Shown one piece after another: positions 48,544-57,862 of a stretch of DNA of 64,000 bases. The DNA comes from an archaeon. Its GTDB lineage: Archaea; B1Sed10-29; WALL01. Where the stretch lies: NCBI GenBank assembly GCA_042584585.1, contig JBHOSQ010000003.1, forward strand, positions 39,644-103,643, in the 5' to 3' direction. The first letter of the stretch is position 1; the number at the start of each line of letters is the position of its first letter. Position numbers and translations under genes: made by a program. A model generated the notes under the pieces. It did not search any database. It had not been told where the DNA came from and saw nothing but the letters and a program-made list of their open reading frames with translations.

Positions 48544-50427
48544 GTGTTCTCTCCCGCCAAAATCAGGCATGTGACCCTACTCGTCCCCAAACAAGGGGTC
48601 GACTCATTCATGCTCAAGCTCCATGCCAAAGGCCTCTGCCAAATCAAGCAGAGCGAGCGGGTGCCAGAAGAGCAAGTTGAGCTTTTCAGGCTTAATTCTG
48701 ACGTAAAGGGAGTGCGCGACAGGCTTTACAAGCACCAGCCCGCGGTAGGCAACATCGGAAAAATGCTTTTCCCCAGGCCGGCGCCAAAAGTTGTTGTCGA
48801 AAAGCGCGGGGACGAAGAAATCATTGGGGAGACCCGGACAAAGTTCGAGAAGCTGAAGGCTGGCTTGGAGACGAGCATCGACGGCCTCGACAAAAAAAAG
48901 CAGGGAATCGAGGAAAAGATTGAGCTGCTTAAGCTTTTCCCACCGCAAATGGACTTTGCGCACTTGAGGCGAGGCTGGGAAATCAGTGCACACGCCGGCC
49001 TGGTCCGCGCACAGAACGAAGTGGAGCTGAAGAAGCTGCCGGGAGTCAAAGTGCTGAGTCCGGTCGACAAGAAAACGCTTTTCATTGCGGTCTACACGAC
49101 GATGGAGACCGAAGAAAAAACACTCGCCAAGCTTCACGAGATGGGGTTCGAGGAGCTGGAATTGCCTGCGCCAAAAGGGACTCCGGAACAGGTGCGCAGG
49201 GAATTGAAGAAAAAGCTTGGGCAAGTCAGGGACGACATGTCCAAGGAGCGGGCGCGGCTGCGCGCGCTGTGGGAGAGCGAGCACCAGAAGATTGACGCGC
49301 TCACCGAAGAAATCGAGATAGTCACTGACCGCGCGAAGGCAGAGACCGCAGTCGAAACGGGTTACGCGATTGCGCGGCTTGAGGCGTGGGTGCCCGAAAA
49401 GAACTGGGGCAAGTTCAAGGCGCTCGTGAAGCGGAGCTTCAAGGAGCATTACATTGTGCCGGAAGAACGCGACGACGCGCCGACACTGCTTGAAAACCCA
49501 CAGCCGATAAAGGCTTATGAGCTGATCACGGGATTGTACGGGCTTCCGAAGTATGGGATGACCGACCCGACGCCAATTCTCGCGTTCACTTTTGCGCTGT
49601 TTTTCGGGTTCATGCTTACGGACGCCGTTTACGGGATTGTGCTTGCGCTGCTTGGTCTTCTGCTCGTGGGTGGAATTGGCAGGGTCAACGAGGGCATGAA
49701 GAACTTTGGCGTGATACTCGCGGTGAACGGGCTGTTCACGGCCATGCTTGGGGCGCTGTTCGGCAGCTGGGCCGGCTCATTGGTCACGGAATGGCTGAAC
49801 ATACCGTTCTGGATTGACCCGATGAAAGAAGCGATGATCGTGCTGATTATTTCGCTCGTGATTGGGTTCATTCACTTGACTAGTGGATATTTGATTGGGG
49901 TCAAGGACAAGCGCAAGAGCTTGCTTGCCGTCGCGCGGCCGAGCGGGGTCATGCTCATGATGATGATTGGAATAGTCTTCATTGTCCTGTCGATGATGGG
50001 AATGGGCTACCTGCAGATGGTGGGGATTGGGCTGATTCTGCTTTCTGTGGTCGTGAACTTTGTGGCCGCTTACAAGCAGGACGGACCGATTATGTCCGCG
50101 CTTTCAATCTTTGACTTCACCGGGTGGCTGGGGGACTGGTTCTCGTACGCGAGGCTGATGTCACTGGCACTTGGCACAGCAGGAATCGCGCTCGCCGTGA
50201 ACTTTATGGCGGGCATGATGGGGGAAATGGTCCCCATCGTCGGGCCGCTCGTCGCGGCAGTAATACTCATCGGAGGCCACGCTTTCAACCTTGGCGTCAA
50301 CGCCCTGGGCTCGTTCGTTCACAGCCTGAGGCTGCATTTCTTGGAGTTCTTCTCCAAGTTTTATGACGCAGGGGGAGTGGCCTATCAACCATTTTATGCT
50401 AAACGCAAGTTAACGGAGGTAAAATAA
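48544..50427 (+). CDS. atpI: A-type ATPase subunit I (membrane a-subunit)
   Basis: 627 aa: a soluble coiled N-terminal half plus a C-terminal polytopic half with ARLMSLALGTAG and the HSLRLHFLEF motif. Confidence 0.85.
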   Translation: MFSPAKIRHVTLLVPKQGVDSFMLKLHAKGLCQIKQSERVPEEQVELFRLNSDVKGVRDRLYKHQPAVGNIGKMLFPRPAPKVVVEKRGDEEIIGETRTKFEKLKAGLETSIDGLDKKKQGIEEKIELLKLFPPQMDFAHLRRGWEISAHAGLVRAQNEVELKKLPGVKVLSPVDKKTLFIAVYTTMETEEKTLAKLHEMGFEELELPAPKGTPEQVRRELKKKLGQVRDDMSKERARLRALWESEHQKIDALTEEIEIVTDRAKAETAVETGYAIARLEAWVPEKNWGKFKALVKRSFKEHYIVPEERDDAPTLLENPQPIKAYELITGLYGLPKYGMTDPTPILAFTFALFFGFMLTDAVYGIVLALLGLLLVGGIGRVNEGMKNFGVILAVNGLFTAMLGALFGSWAGSLVTEWLNIPFWIDPMKEAMIVLIISLVIGFIHLTSGYLIGVKDKRKSLLAVARPSGVMLMMMIGIVFIVLSMMGMGYLQMVGIGLILLSVVVNFVAAYKQDGPIMSALSIFDFTGWLGDWFSYARLMSLALGTAGIALAVNFMAGMMGEMVPIVGPLVAAVILIGGHAFNLGVNALGSFVHSLRLHFLEFFSKFYDAGGVAYQPFYAKRKLTEVK

Positions 50428-50931
50428 ATGGGAATCAGTGAATTTCTCGCTGGAATGATAACAGGGCAGACACTGGCTATGCTTGGTGCTGCACTGGCTT
50501 TAGGAACAGCAGGGTTTGGCACCGCCATGGGTGTCCACGCAGCAGGCGTTTCGGCCGCTGGTGCAGTCGCGGAGAACAAAGACAACTTCAAGAACGCGCT
50601 TGTGCTGCAGGCCATGCCGCAGACCCAGACCATCTACGGGTTTATCATCGCGCTTTTGATTGCGATGGGCGCAGGCCTGCTTGGGGCTGCCAAAGAGATT
50701 ACCGTCTCACAAGGCGGAGTAATGCTCGCGGCTGGCCTCGTGGTTGCTTTGACGGGCCTTAGTGCTGCATTCCAAGGCAAGATTTCAGCGGCAGGCATCG
50801 CAGCAACGGCCAAGAACCAGGGCGCGTTTGTCCCGAGCATCATATTCTCGGGCCAGGCAGAGACCCCGGCAATCTTCGGGTTCGTTATTGCGCTGATTGT
50901 GCTGGTAGTCGGACTTGGAGTGCTTGGATAA
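50428..50931 (+). CDS. atpK: A-type ATPase proteolipid subunit K, duplicated (4-TM) form
   Basis: 167 aa with two hairpins. Helix 2 reads AMPQTQTIYGF (no carboxylate; Q65 codon at 50620). Helix 4 reads GQAETPAIFGF (E145 codon at 50860). Confidence 0.85.
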   Translation: MGISEFLAGMITGQTLAMLGAALALGTAGFGTAMGVHAAGVSAAGAVAENKDNFKNALVLQAMPQTQTIYGFIIALLIAMGAGLLGAAKEITVSQGGVMLAAGLVVALTGLSAAFQGKISAAGIAATAKNQGAFVPSIIFSGQAETPAIFGFVIALIVLVVGLGVLG

Positions 50932-50940
50932 GGTGCTCGT

Positions 50941-51483
50941 ATGCAAGTGGTTGGAAACCTCCGCGGCCTCGAAAAGGCCGTGAAGGAACGCTACCGCTCG
51001 GACGCGAAGTCCCTAGACTCGGAAGCGAAAGCCAGGATAAAGAAAATCCGGGACTGGCAATCCACGCAGGTCAAGGAAATAAAGGCCTCGAGGAAAGCCA
51101 GGCTTGAGTCTGTGCAGGAGACGGCGAAGCGGCGCGTTATCAACGAGGCCAACATGGCCGCACGAATGGAGTACCAGCGCGAGAAAGAGAAATACATCTC
51201 GTCGGTAGTTGATGAGGCAGACAAGGGCCTGAAAAAGCTCAGCGAGTCCAAGGAGTATTTGGACTACGTGAAGGCTCATCTGCCGAAGCTGAAGGACTAC
51301 ACCGCGTATTGCGGCAGCGCCAAGTACACGGACTTGTTCGGCGACAAGGCAAAGCTGGACAAGACAATTGTTGGCGTGAAGATAGTCTCAGGCGAAACAA
51401 CGTATGACTTCACCCTAGACAGCCTTATGGAGTCAAGGGTAAGCGAAGTCAAGATGGCGGCAAGCAAAGCATTGTTCGGGTAG
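50941..51483 (+). CDS. atpE: A-type ATPase subunit E
   Basis: 180 aa with a charged helical N-terminus. Called from its position between K and C. Confidence 0.65.
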   Translation: MQVVGNLRGLEKAVKERYRSDAKSLDSEAKARIKKIRDWQSTQVKEIKASRKARLESVQETAKRRVINEANMAARMEYQREKEKYISSVVDEADKGLKKLSESKEYLDYVKAHLPKLKDYTAYCGSAKYTDLFGDKAKLDKTIVGVKIVSGETTYDFTLDSLMESRVSEVKMAASKALFG

Positions 51484-51489
51484 AAAGAA

Positions 51490-52548
51490 ATGGTTGCAGT
51501 AGTGCTGTTTTCAGTTGCATTCGTTGTTGCCTTGGCGGGCTACACCTTTTACAAGGTGTTCCCGATGTCGGCGTACCTGTACGCGGACGCCAGGGTTAGC
51601 GCAAGGTCTGCGTCACTGCTGAAGAAAGAAGACTACGACCGGCTTTCGTCGGCAGAGTCTTTCCCGGACTTCATCACCAGGCTGAAGGGCAGTGCCTACG
51701 ACTGTGAGTGCACAAATGCGCGTGACTTCCACCTCTTCATCGAGAAGCATTATCTCAGGGAAGCGGAGGAGATTGCGAAAAACACCCCCGACGCTTACAA
51801 GGCAGTGCTCGACGCGCAGATGATGAGGCACGAGGCGAGCTGCATAAAGCTGCTGATGAAGAGCAAGCTCAAGGGCACGCCCTTGGCCGAGGAATTGGTT
51901 TTGCCGGTTGGCACCATAACCCCCTCGCTGCTGGAAAGCCTCAAGGAAGCAGACACAGTTGGCGACATGGCAGTGATGCTACAGCGCACTGGCTTTGCGG
52001 ACTTGTTCGCCAGTGACTTCTGGAAGGACAAGACGTGGGAAGAAGCCGAAATGGAAATTGACGGCTTCATTTCCAAGCGGCTGCGGGAGGCTGTCGCAAA
52101 AGCAAAGATTCCGGAGGGCATGGAGCTACTCGCGCTGATGGAAGAGGCAATGGCCGCGGAAGACGTGCTGTTGCTCATCCGTGCGAAGCTGCGGGGCCTC
52201 GGAGAAGAAGAGCAGGCCACGCTGGCAGATGCCACGGAGATGGGCGAGGTGCGCTCGCTTGTCAAAGTCCCGCTGGAAGACATTACACCAGAAACACTTC
52301 CGCCGATAAGGGTGATTAGGGACAACAGTGCCCTCGTCGCCGAAGGAAAAGTGGTTGAACTCGAGAAAGCTGTTGGCGAGCACATTGCCTCAAGGACGAA
52401 GCACCTCGCGATGTTCCATCCAGAAGGCGCTTATCCCATTGCGCTTTACCTCATGGAAAAAAACAGCGAGAAGAAGGCGCTCCAGCTCATCAGCAAGGCT
52501 GTTGAGGAAGGGATGCCGAAGCAAAGAATAACGGAGCTGATGGCGTGA
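51490..52548 (+). CDS. atpC: A-type ATPase subunit C (d-type)
   Basis: 352 aa, helical. Called from its operon position. Confidence 0.7.
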   Translation: MVAVVLFSVAFVVALAGYTFYKVFPMSAYLYADARVSARSASLLKKEDYDRLSSAESFPDFITRLKGSAYDCECTNARDFHLFIEKHYLREAEEIAKNTPDAYKAVLDAQMMRHEASCIKLLMKSKLKGTPLAEELVLPVGTITPSLLESLKEADTVGDMAVMLQRTGFADLFASDFWKDKTWEEAEMEIDGFISKRLREAVAKAKIPEGMELLALMEEAMAAEDVLLLIRAKLRGLGEEEQATLADATEMGEVRSLVKVPLEDITPETLPPIRVIRDNSALVAEGKVVELEKAVGEHIASRTKHLAMFHPEGAYPIALYLMEKNSEKKALQLISKAVEEGMPKQRITELMA

Positions 52549-52823
52549 TAATACTCGGGAACCCAAGGTTCGCGACTGCGATGCTTCTCGCAGGCATAAG
52601 CAACAGCCATCGCGTCACAAGCCGGGCGGAATGGCTTGCCCGCGTGCGCGAGCTCCCGAAAGAAGAGACCATAATCGCAAACACGAGCGTCGTGGGAATG
52701 CTCCCCGAGCTCAAAGAATTCAAGAACCTGATAACGCTTCCTGACAGCGCATCAGAATTTGGCAGCATCGATGACCTAAAGGAAATCGTGAAGTCTGCCG
52801 TAGGAATAGAAATAGAGGTGTGA
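52545..52823 (+). CDS. atpF: A-type ATPase subunit F
   Basis: 92 aa, [18 protein letters not shown]. Called from its operon position. ATGA overlaps on both sides. Confidence 0.7.
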   Translation: MIILGNPRFATAMLLAGISNSHRVTSRAEWLARVRELPKEETIIANTSVVGMLPELKEFKNLITLPDSASEFGSIDDLKEIVKSAVGIEIEV

Positions 52824-54571
52824 AAATGCCAAAGATAAAAAGAATATCCGGTCCAGTAGTGGTTGCTGACGGAATGAAGGGCTCACGAATGTACGACATG
52901 GTACGCGTGGGCGAAGAGCAGCTGATTGGTGAAATCATCCAGCTGCACGGAGACACTGCAACCATTCAAGTATACGAAGACACAAACGGGGTAAAGCCCG
53001 GCGAACCCGTCAACCCGACGGGCATGCCGCTGAGCATACAGCTCGGCCCAGGCCTGCTCAAGTCGATTTACGACGGAATTGCCCGGCCGCTGGAGTCAAT
53101 CGCCAGCCAATCCGGCGACTTTATTGGCCGCGGGATAAACGTGCCTTCGCTTGACAAGAAAAAGGCGTGGGACTTCAAGCCCATCGTCAACAAAGGCGCG
53201 GCCATCACTCCCGGGCAGATAGTCGGTGAAGTGAAGGAGACCAGCGTGATTACGCACAAAGTGCTATGCCCCCCGAGCATAAGCGGCAAAGTGATTGACG
53301 TCACTGAGGGAAAGCGCAAGGTCGACGACGTTGTAGTTAAAGTGCAGTCAGGAAAAACTGTTGAGGAAATCAAGCTTGCCCAGGACTGGCCTGTCAGGAT
53401 CGGAAGGCCATACTCTGAGAAGCTGTTCCCGGACGTCCCACTGGTTACGGGGCAAAGGATTCTGGACACTTTCTTCCCGCTCGCGAAGGGTGGGGCAGCA
53501 GCGATTCCGGGGCCGTTCGGCTCTGGGAAGACGATTACGCAGCACCAGCTTGCGAAGTGGAGTGACGCGGACATCGTTGTGTACATTGGGTGCGGAGAGC
53601 GCGGGAACGAGATGACTGAAGTCCTCGAAGAGTTCCCGAAGCTGAAGGACCCCAGGAGCGGTAAGCCGCTCATGGAAAGGACCGTGCTTATCGCCAACAC
53701 CTCGAACATGCCTGTGGCAGCGAGGGAGGCAAGTGTGTACACCGGAATTACTATTGCGGAGTACTACCGTGACATGGGATACGACGTCGCATTGATGGCT
53801 GACTCCACCTCACGGTGGGCTGAGGCAATGCGTGAGATTTCCAGTAGGCTTGAGGAGATGCCTGGTGAAGAGGGGTATCCTGCTTACTTGGCGTCGAAGC
53901 TCGCCGCGTTTTACGAGCGCGCTGGAAGGGTAAAGGCATTGAACAACAAGAGTGGCTCTGTCAGTGTTATTGGGGCCGTGTCGCCTCCGGGCGGAGACTT
54001 CTCCGAGCCGGTGACGCAGAACACGCTCAGGATCACCAAGGTGTTCTGGGCGCTGGATGCCAGCCTGGCTTACAGGAGGCACTTCCCGGCGATTAACTGG
54101 CTGACCTCTTACTCGCTTTACGAGCGGTACCTGGAAGAGCACTTCAAGACAGAAGTGTCGCCGGAGTTTGTTGAGCTGCGGAAAGAATCCATGGTTTTAC
54201 TGCAGAAGGAAGCGGAGCTCAAGGAAATCGTGCAGCTTGTGGGGCCTGACGCTTTGCCCCCAGAGGAGCGGCTGGTGCTGGACACCACGAAATCTATTCG
54301 TGAGGACTTCCTGCAGCAGAACGCGTTCCACGATGTTGACTCGTACTGCAGCCTCGAAAAGCAGCACGGGATGCTTGGGCTGATTCTTCACTTCCACGAG
54401 GAAGCGAAGAAGGCAATGGCGTCCGGAGCGAAAATCGGGAAGCTGACTACGCTGCCGGTCAAGGAAAAGCTTGCGAGGATGAAGTACGACGAGGAATTCA
54501 TCAAGAATATCCCCAAGATGAGGAAGCAGATTGAAAAGGAGACTGCTTCGGCAGTGGAGGTGCTGGAATGA
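52820..54571 (+). CDS. atpA: A-type ATPase catalytic subunit A
   Basis: GPFGSGKT Walker A; GERGNEM; [10 protein letters not shown]; [10 protein letters not shown]. Confidence 0.95.
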   Translation: MKMPKIKRISGPVVVADGMKGSRMYDMVRVGEEQLIGEIIQLHGDTATIQVYEDTNGVKPGEPVNPTGMPLSIQLGPGLLKSIYDGIARPLESIASQSGDFIGRGINVPSLDKKKAWDFKPIVNKGAAITPGQIVGEVKETSVITHKVLCPPSISGKVIDVTEGKRKVDDVVVKVQSGKTVEEIKLAQDWPVRIGRPYSEKLFPDVPLVTGQRILDTFFPLAKGGAAAIPGPFGSGKTITQHQLAKWSDADIVVYIGCGERGNEMTEVLEEFPKLKDPRSGKPLMERTVLIANTSNMPVAAREASVYTGITIAEYYRDMGYDVALMADSTSRWAEAMREISSRLEEMPGEEGYPAYLASKLAAFYERAGRVKALNNKSGSVSVIGAVSPPGGDFSEPVTQNTLRITKVFWALDASLAYRRHFPAINWLTSYSLYERYLEEHFKTEVSPEFVELRKESMVLLQKEAELKEIVQLVGPDALPPEERLVLDTTKSIREDFLQQNAFHDVDSYCSLEKQHGMLGLILHFHEEAKKAMASGAKIGKLTTLPVKEKLARMKYDEEFIKNIPKMRKQIEKETASAVEVLE

Positions 54572-56064
54572 TTAGTGAATACAAGTCCATTAGGGAAGTC
54601 GCCGGCCCGCTGCTGGTGGTAGATGGGATTGACGACGCCGCATACGGTGAGATGGTCAGGATTAAGACGGGCAGCGGCGAGGACAAAATGGGTCAAGTGC
54701 TTGAGACCGCAAAAGGGTACGCGGTTGTGCAGGTGTTCGAGGGGACCAAGGGGATTGACACCAAGAACACGAGCGTCAGGTTCACTGGCGAGACGGTGAA
54801 GCTGAGCCTTTCCCCGGATATGCTCGGGAGGGTGTTCAACGGCCGTGGTGACCCAATCGACAAGGGCCCGGAAATCGTTCCCGAGAAGAAGATGGACATC
54901 AACGGCGAGGCGATTAACCCATCTAGGAGGGACGTGCCACTGGACTTTATCCAGACCGGCGTTTCAACGATTGATGGGATGAACACGCTTGTACGTGGGC
55001 AGAAGCTCCCGATTTTTTCGGGGGCTGGATTGCCGCACAACTTGCTTGCTGCGCAGATTGCAAGACAGGCAAAAACCACTAAAACCGGCGAGCAGTTCGC
55101 AATTGTGTTCGCCGCGATGGGAATCACGAACGAAGAGGCACTGTTCTTCCAAAAGGAGTTCGAGCGCACGGGCGCCTTGAGTAACGTGGTGATGTTCCTG
55201 AACATGGCGGACGACCCTGCCATTGAAAGGATTATCACGCCGAGGATGGCGCTGACCACGGCTGAGTTTCTGGCGTACGAAAAGGACATGCACATTCTGG
55301 TTATCCTGACGGACATGACGAACTACTGCGAGGCGCTGCGTGAGATTGCGGCGGCACGCGAAGAAGTTCCGGGCCGAAGGGGCTATCCTGGATACATGTA
55401 CACCGACCTCTCGAACATTTACGAGCGGGCGGGAAGGATTATCGGCAGGAAGGGCTCGGTGACGCAGCTTCCAATCCTGACGATGCCTGACGACGACATT
55501 ACGCACCCGATTGCGGACTTGACTGGGTATATTACTGAGGGGCAGATTGTGCTCAGCAGGGAGCTGCACCGCAAGGGCGTTTACCCGCCAATCAACCCAT
55601 TGCCGTCGCTGTCGAGGCTGATGAAAAACGGCATTGGCTCTGGCAAGACCAGGGGCGACCACCCCGACATCTCGAACCAGCTTTACGCGGGATACGCGCA
55701 GGGCATTGAGGTAAGGGAATTGGTTGCTGTTGTTGGCGAAGAGTCGCTCGGGGACTTGGACAAGCTGTACCTGAAGTTCGCTGACGACTTCGAGGGCAAG
55801 TTCATCCAGCAGGACTATTCCGAAGAGCGGGGAATCGAAGAGACCCTCGGCTTGACGTGGGGCTTGCTGGCTATGCTGCCTGAGAGTGAGCTGAAGCGGG
55901 TTCGGGACGAGTACATCGAGAAGTACCACCCGCACAAGGCCAAGGGCGAAGGCAAGCTCGCGGTCGACGCAAGGGTGTCTGGTGGGCTTACGGACCTTGA
56001 CTTGGTTGGAAGCGACTTGGTTAGCCTCGGCGGGCTGAAGCCAAAGAAAAAACCGAGATTGTGA
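54568..56064 (+). CDS. atpB: A-type ATPase subunit B (with about 35-aa C-terminal extension)
   Basis: Motifs: [38 protein letters not shown]. The tail is [39 protein letters not shown]. Confidence 0.95.
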   Translation: MISEYKSIREVAGPLLVVDGIDDAAYGEMVRIKTGSGEDKMGQVLETAKGYAVVQVFEGTKGIDTKNTSVRFTGETVKLSLSPDMLGRVFNGRGDPIDKGPEIVPEKKMDINGEAINPSRRDVPLDFIQTGVSTIDGMNTLVRGQKLPIFSGAGLPHNLLAAQIARQAKTTKTGEQFAIVFAAMGITNEEALFFQKEFERTGALSNVVMFLNMADDPAIERIITPRMALTTAEFLAYEKDMHILVILTDMTNYCEALREIAAAREEVPGRRGYPGYMYTDLSNIYERAGRIIGRKGSVTQLPILTMPDDDITHPIADLTGYITEGQIVLSRELHRKGVYPPINPLPSLSRLMKNGIGSGKTRGDHPDISNQLYAGYAQGIEVRELVAVVGEESLGDLDKLYLKFADDFEGKFIQQDYSEERGIEETLGLTWGLLAMLPESELKRVRDEYIEKYHPHKAKGEGKLAVDARVSGGLTDLDLVGSDLVSLGGLKPKKKPRL

Positions 56065-56068
56065 AGCA

Positions 56069-56683
56069 ATGCAGATAAAGCCAACCCGGATGGAGCTTCT
56101 TCGCACCAAGAAGAAGCTGAAGCTGGCCGCGAAGGGCCACAAGCTCCTAAAGGAAAAAAGGGACACGCTAGTGCTGGAGTTCTTCAAGACCCTAAAGGAA
56201 GTGAAGACGATTCGCGCCGGCATCAGCGAGGAGCTTGGTGAGGCAGAGGACCGGCTGTTCATGGCCGAGGCGCACATGGGGATACAAGAGATAGAAAGGG
56301 TTGCGCAAGGTCTTTCCGGCGAGACAAAGATTAGCTTCAAGACCAAGAACATCATGGGCGTTAAGGTGCCTGAGCTTGACGAGCTCGAGATTAGCCCGGA
56401 GTGGTATTCCGTGATTTCGAGCTCGACTTACCTCGAGGCCGCTGTGAACAAGTACAGGGCATTGGCGCCGCGGATTCTGAAGCTCGCGGAGCTGGAGCTC
56501 AAGCTGAATAGGCTGGCCGAGGAGATTAAGGCGACGAAGCGGAGGGTGAACTCACTTGAGTACATCACAATCCCAATACTCGAGGAGATAAAGAAGGAAG
56601 TTTCGTTCAAGCTCGAGGAGCGCGAGAGGGAAAACTTCACCCGGCTCAAGAAAATCAAGTCAAAGGCGACCAAAAATGCCTAA
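56069..56683 (+). CDS. atpD: A-type ATPase subunit D (central stalk)
   Basis: MQIKPTRMELLRTKKKLKLAAKGHKLLKEKRD...ATKRRVNSLEYITIP. Confidence 0.9.
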   Translation: MQIKPTRMELLRTKKKLKLAAKGHKLLKEKRDTLVLEFFKTLKEVKTIRAGISEELGEAEDRLFMAEAHMGIQEIERVAQGLSGETKISFKTKNIMGVKVPELDELEISPEWYSVISSSTYLEAAVNKYRALAPRILKLAELELKLNRLAEEIKATKRRVNSLEYITIPILEEIKKEVSFKLEERERENFTRLKKIKSKATKNA

Positions 56684-56801
56684 AAAAGACGAGCGGCTTG
56701 TTTTGGTGGCTCTGCTGGCGGGCCAGATCTCCTCGCTGGTCATGATTTTAGGGGCGTTTATCTTTCTTTTTCTGGTGTTTCAGAGCATTGGTTGGCTTTG
56801 A
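56676..56801 (+). CDS. Possible 41-aa single-TM micro-protein overlapping the atpD stop
   Basis: Below the track's size cutoff. ATG 56676 gives MPKKDERLVLVALLAGQISSLVMILGAFIFLFLVFQSIGWL*. There is only compositional support. Confidence 0.3.
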   Translation: MPKKDERLVLVALLAGQISSLVMILGAFIFLFLVFQSIGWL

Positions 56802-56843
56802 AGCACCCAAACGCATTTAAAGGCGTGGCGCTTGATTGGGTCT

Positions 56844-56996
56844 ATGGAAGCTTACTGCGTCAAGTGCAAAGCTAAGGTCGAGATTAAGGACGGCGGAGAA
56901 GTCATTATCGACACCAAGCGCGGCAAGAAAAAGTTCATGATGGGCCTGTGTAGTGTCTGTGGCACCAAAGTGTCCCGCGTGCTAGGTAATGCTTAA
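56844..56996 (+). CDS. Small zinc-ribbon protein (two CxxC pairs)
   Basis: Below the track's size cutoff. The sequence is MEAYCVKCKAKVEIKDGGEVIIDTKRGKKKFMMGLCSVCGTKVSRVLGNA*. The pattern CxxC...N23...CxxC resembles a widespread about 50-aa zinc-ribbon family (I recall it as DUF5679-like; unverified). Confidence 0.5.
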   Translation: MEAYCVKCKAKVEIKDGGEVIIDTKRGKKKFMMGLCSVCGTKVSRVLGNA

Positions 56997-57862
56997 GCGA
57001 ACAAGAGCCACAGTAGGGTGTCACCGACCAATAGGTTCAGCAATAGCGAGATAATGATGTAGGGCCCGAACTTCGGCAAGTATTCCTGGACAATAACCTG
57101 CTTTATCCCGTGCTTGCGCGCGTTCTTTTTGAGTGTCTTTAGCTCCATTTCCAAGAGGGTTTTCCTGCTCCCGAGGCCGAGCTTTTTCTTCATTGACTGG
57201 CTCATCAGCTCAAGCGCTATTACGTCGTCGTCGTTCAGCTTGCTCACCGCTTTTTTCTCAACGACATAAAGACGCAGGATGTCTTCCTTGAACGCCAGCA
57301 CGAACGCGCCGAGCGCAAGCGGAAGCGCGATAATCAGCATCCGGGGGCTCAAGTAAAACCAGATTATCCCGAGTGGAAGAGTCATGGCGGAGTAGAGGAT
57401 GCCCTTGAACGACTTCGTCCTGAAGTGCTTGACTTTCTTGTGGTCACGGTAGAGGCTGTGGAGATAGCCCACTGAAACAAACGCCATGGCCAGCACAGCC
57501 GACGTGAAAAAGACACTCACGACAAAAGGATAAGGCGCCACCACCGGATTCAAGCCAAACACCGCGAGCGACATCGGGTAAGTCGGGAGCAAAAGCGCGA
57601 GCGCGGTGAATAGCTTCACGTCGCCCCCGCCAAGCTGACCGAAAGTATAGAACACAAAAGAAACCGCGGCAACTATGCCTGCGGCGATATAGAACGGGAT
57701 TGCGGCCTCCCAGCCACTATAGAGCGGGAGCAGCAATGCGCCGAGCACAATCATTGCGTGCGTGTACTTGTCCGGCATGTACCCCGTCTTGTAATCAGTG
57801 TGTGCGACCATCGCGGTCCCAATAACCGCTACCGTGGCTCCCAACAGTTCAAACATCGTCAT
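56993..57862 (-). CDS. Archaeal type IV prepilin/preflagellin peptidase (A24 aspartyl protease; PibD/FlaK/EppA-like)
   Basis: First catalytic Asp is in HTDYKTGYMPD. The second is in the GxGD motif QLGGGDVKLF. The protein is polytopic, 289 aa, with an extra C-terminal region. Confidence 0.85.
   Translation of the reverse strand: MTMFELLGATVAVIGTAMVAHTDYKTGYMPDKYTHAMIVLGALLLPLYSGWEAAIPFYIAAGIVAAVSFVFYTFGQLGGGDVKLFTALALLLPTYPMSLAVFGLNPVVAPYPFVVSVFFTSAVLAMAFVSVGYLHSLYRDHKKVKHFRTKSFKGILYSAMTLPLGIIWFYLSPRMLIIALPLALGAFVLAFKEDILRLYVVEKKAVSKLNDDDVIALELMSQSMKKKLGLGSRKTLLEMELKTLKKNARKHGIKQVIVQEYLPKFGPYIIISLLLNLLVGDTLLWLLFA

Noticed and set aside
54964-56355. 463-aa minus-strand ORF
   Set aside because: It is antisense to atpB and atpD and is a shadow ORF.
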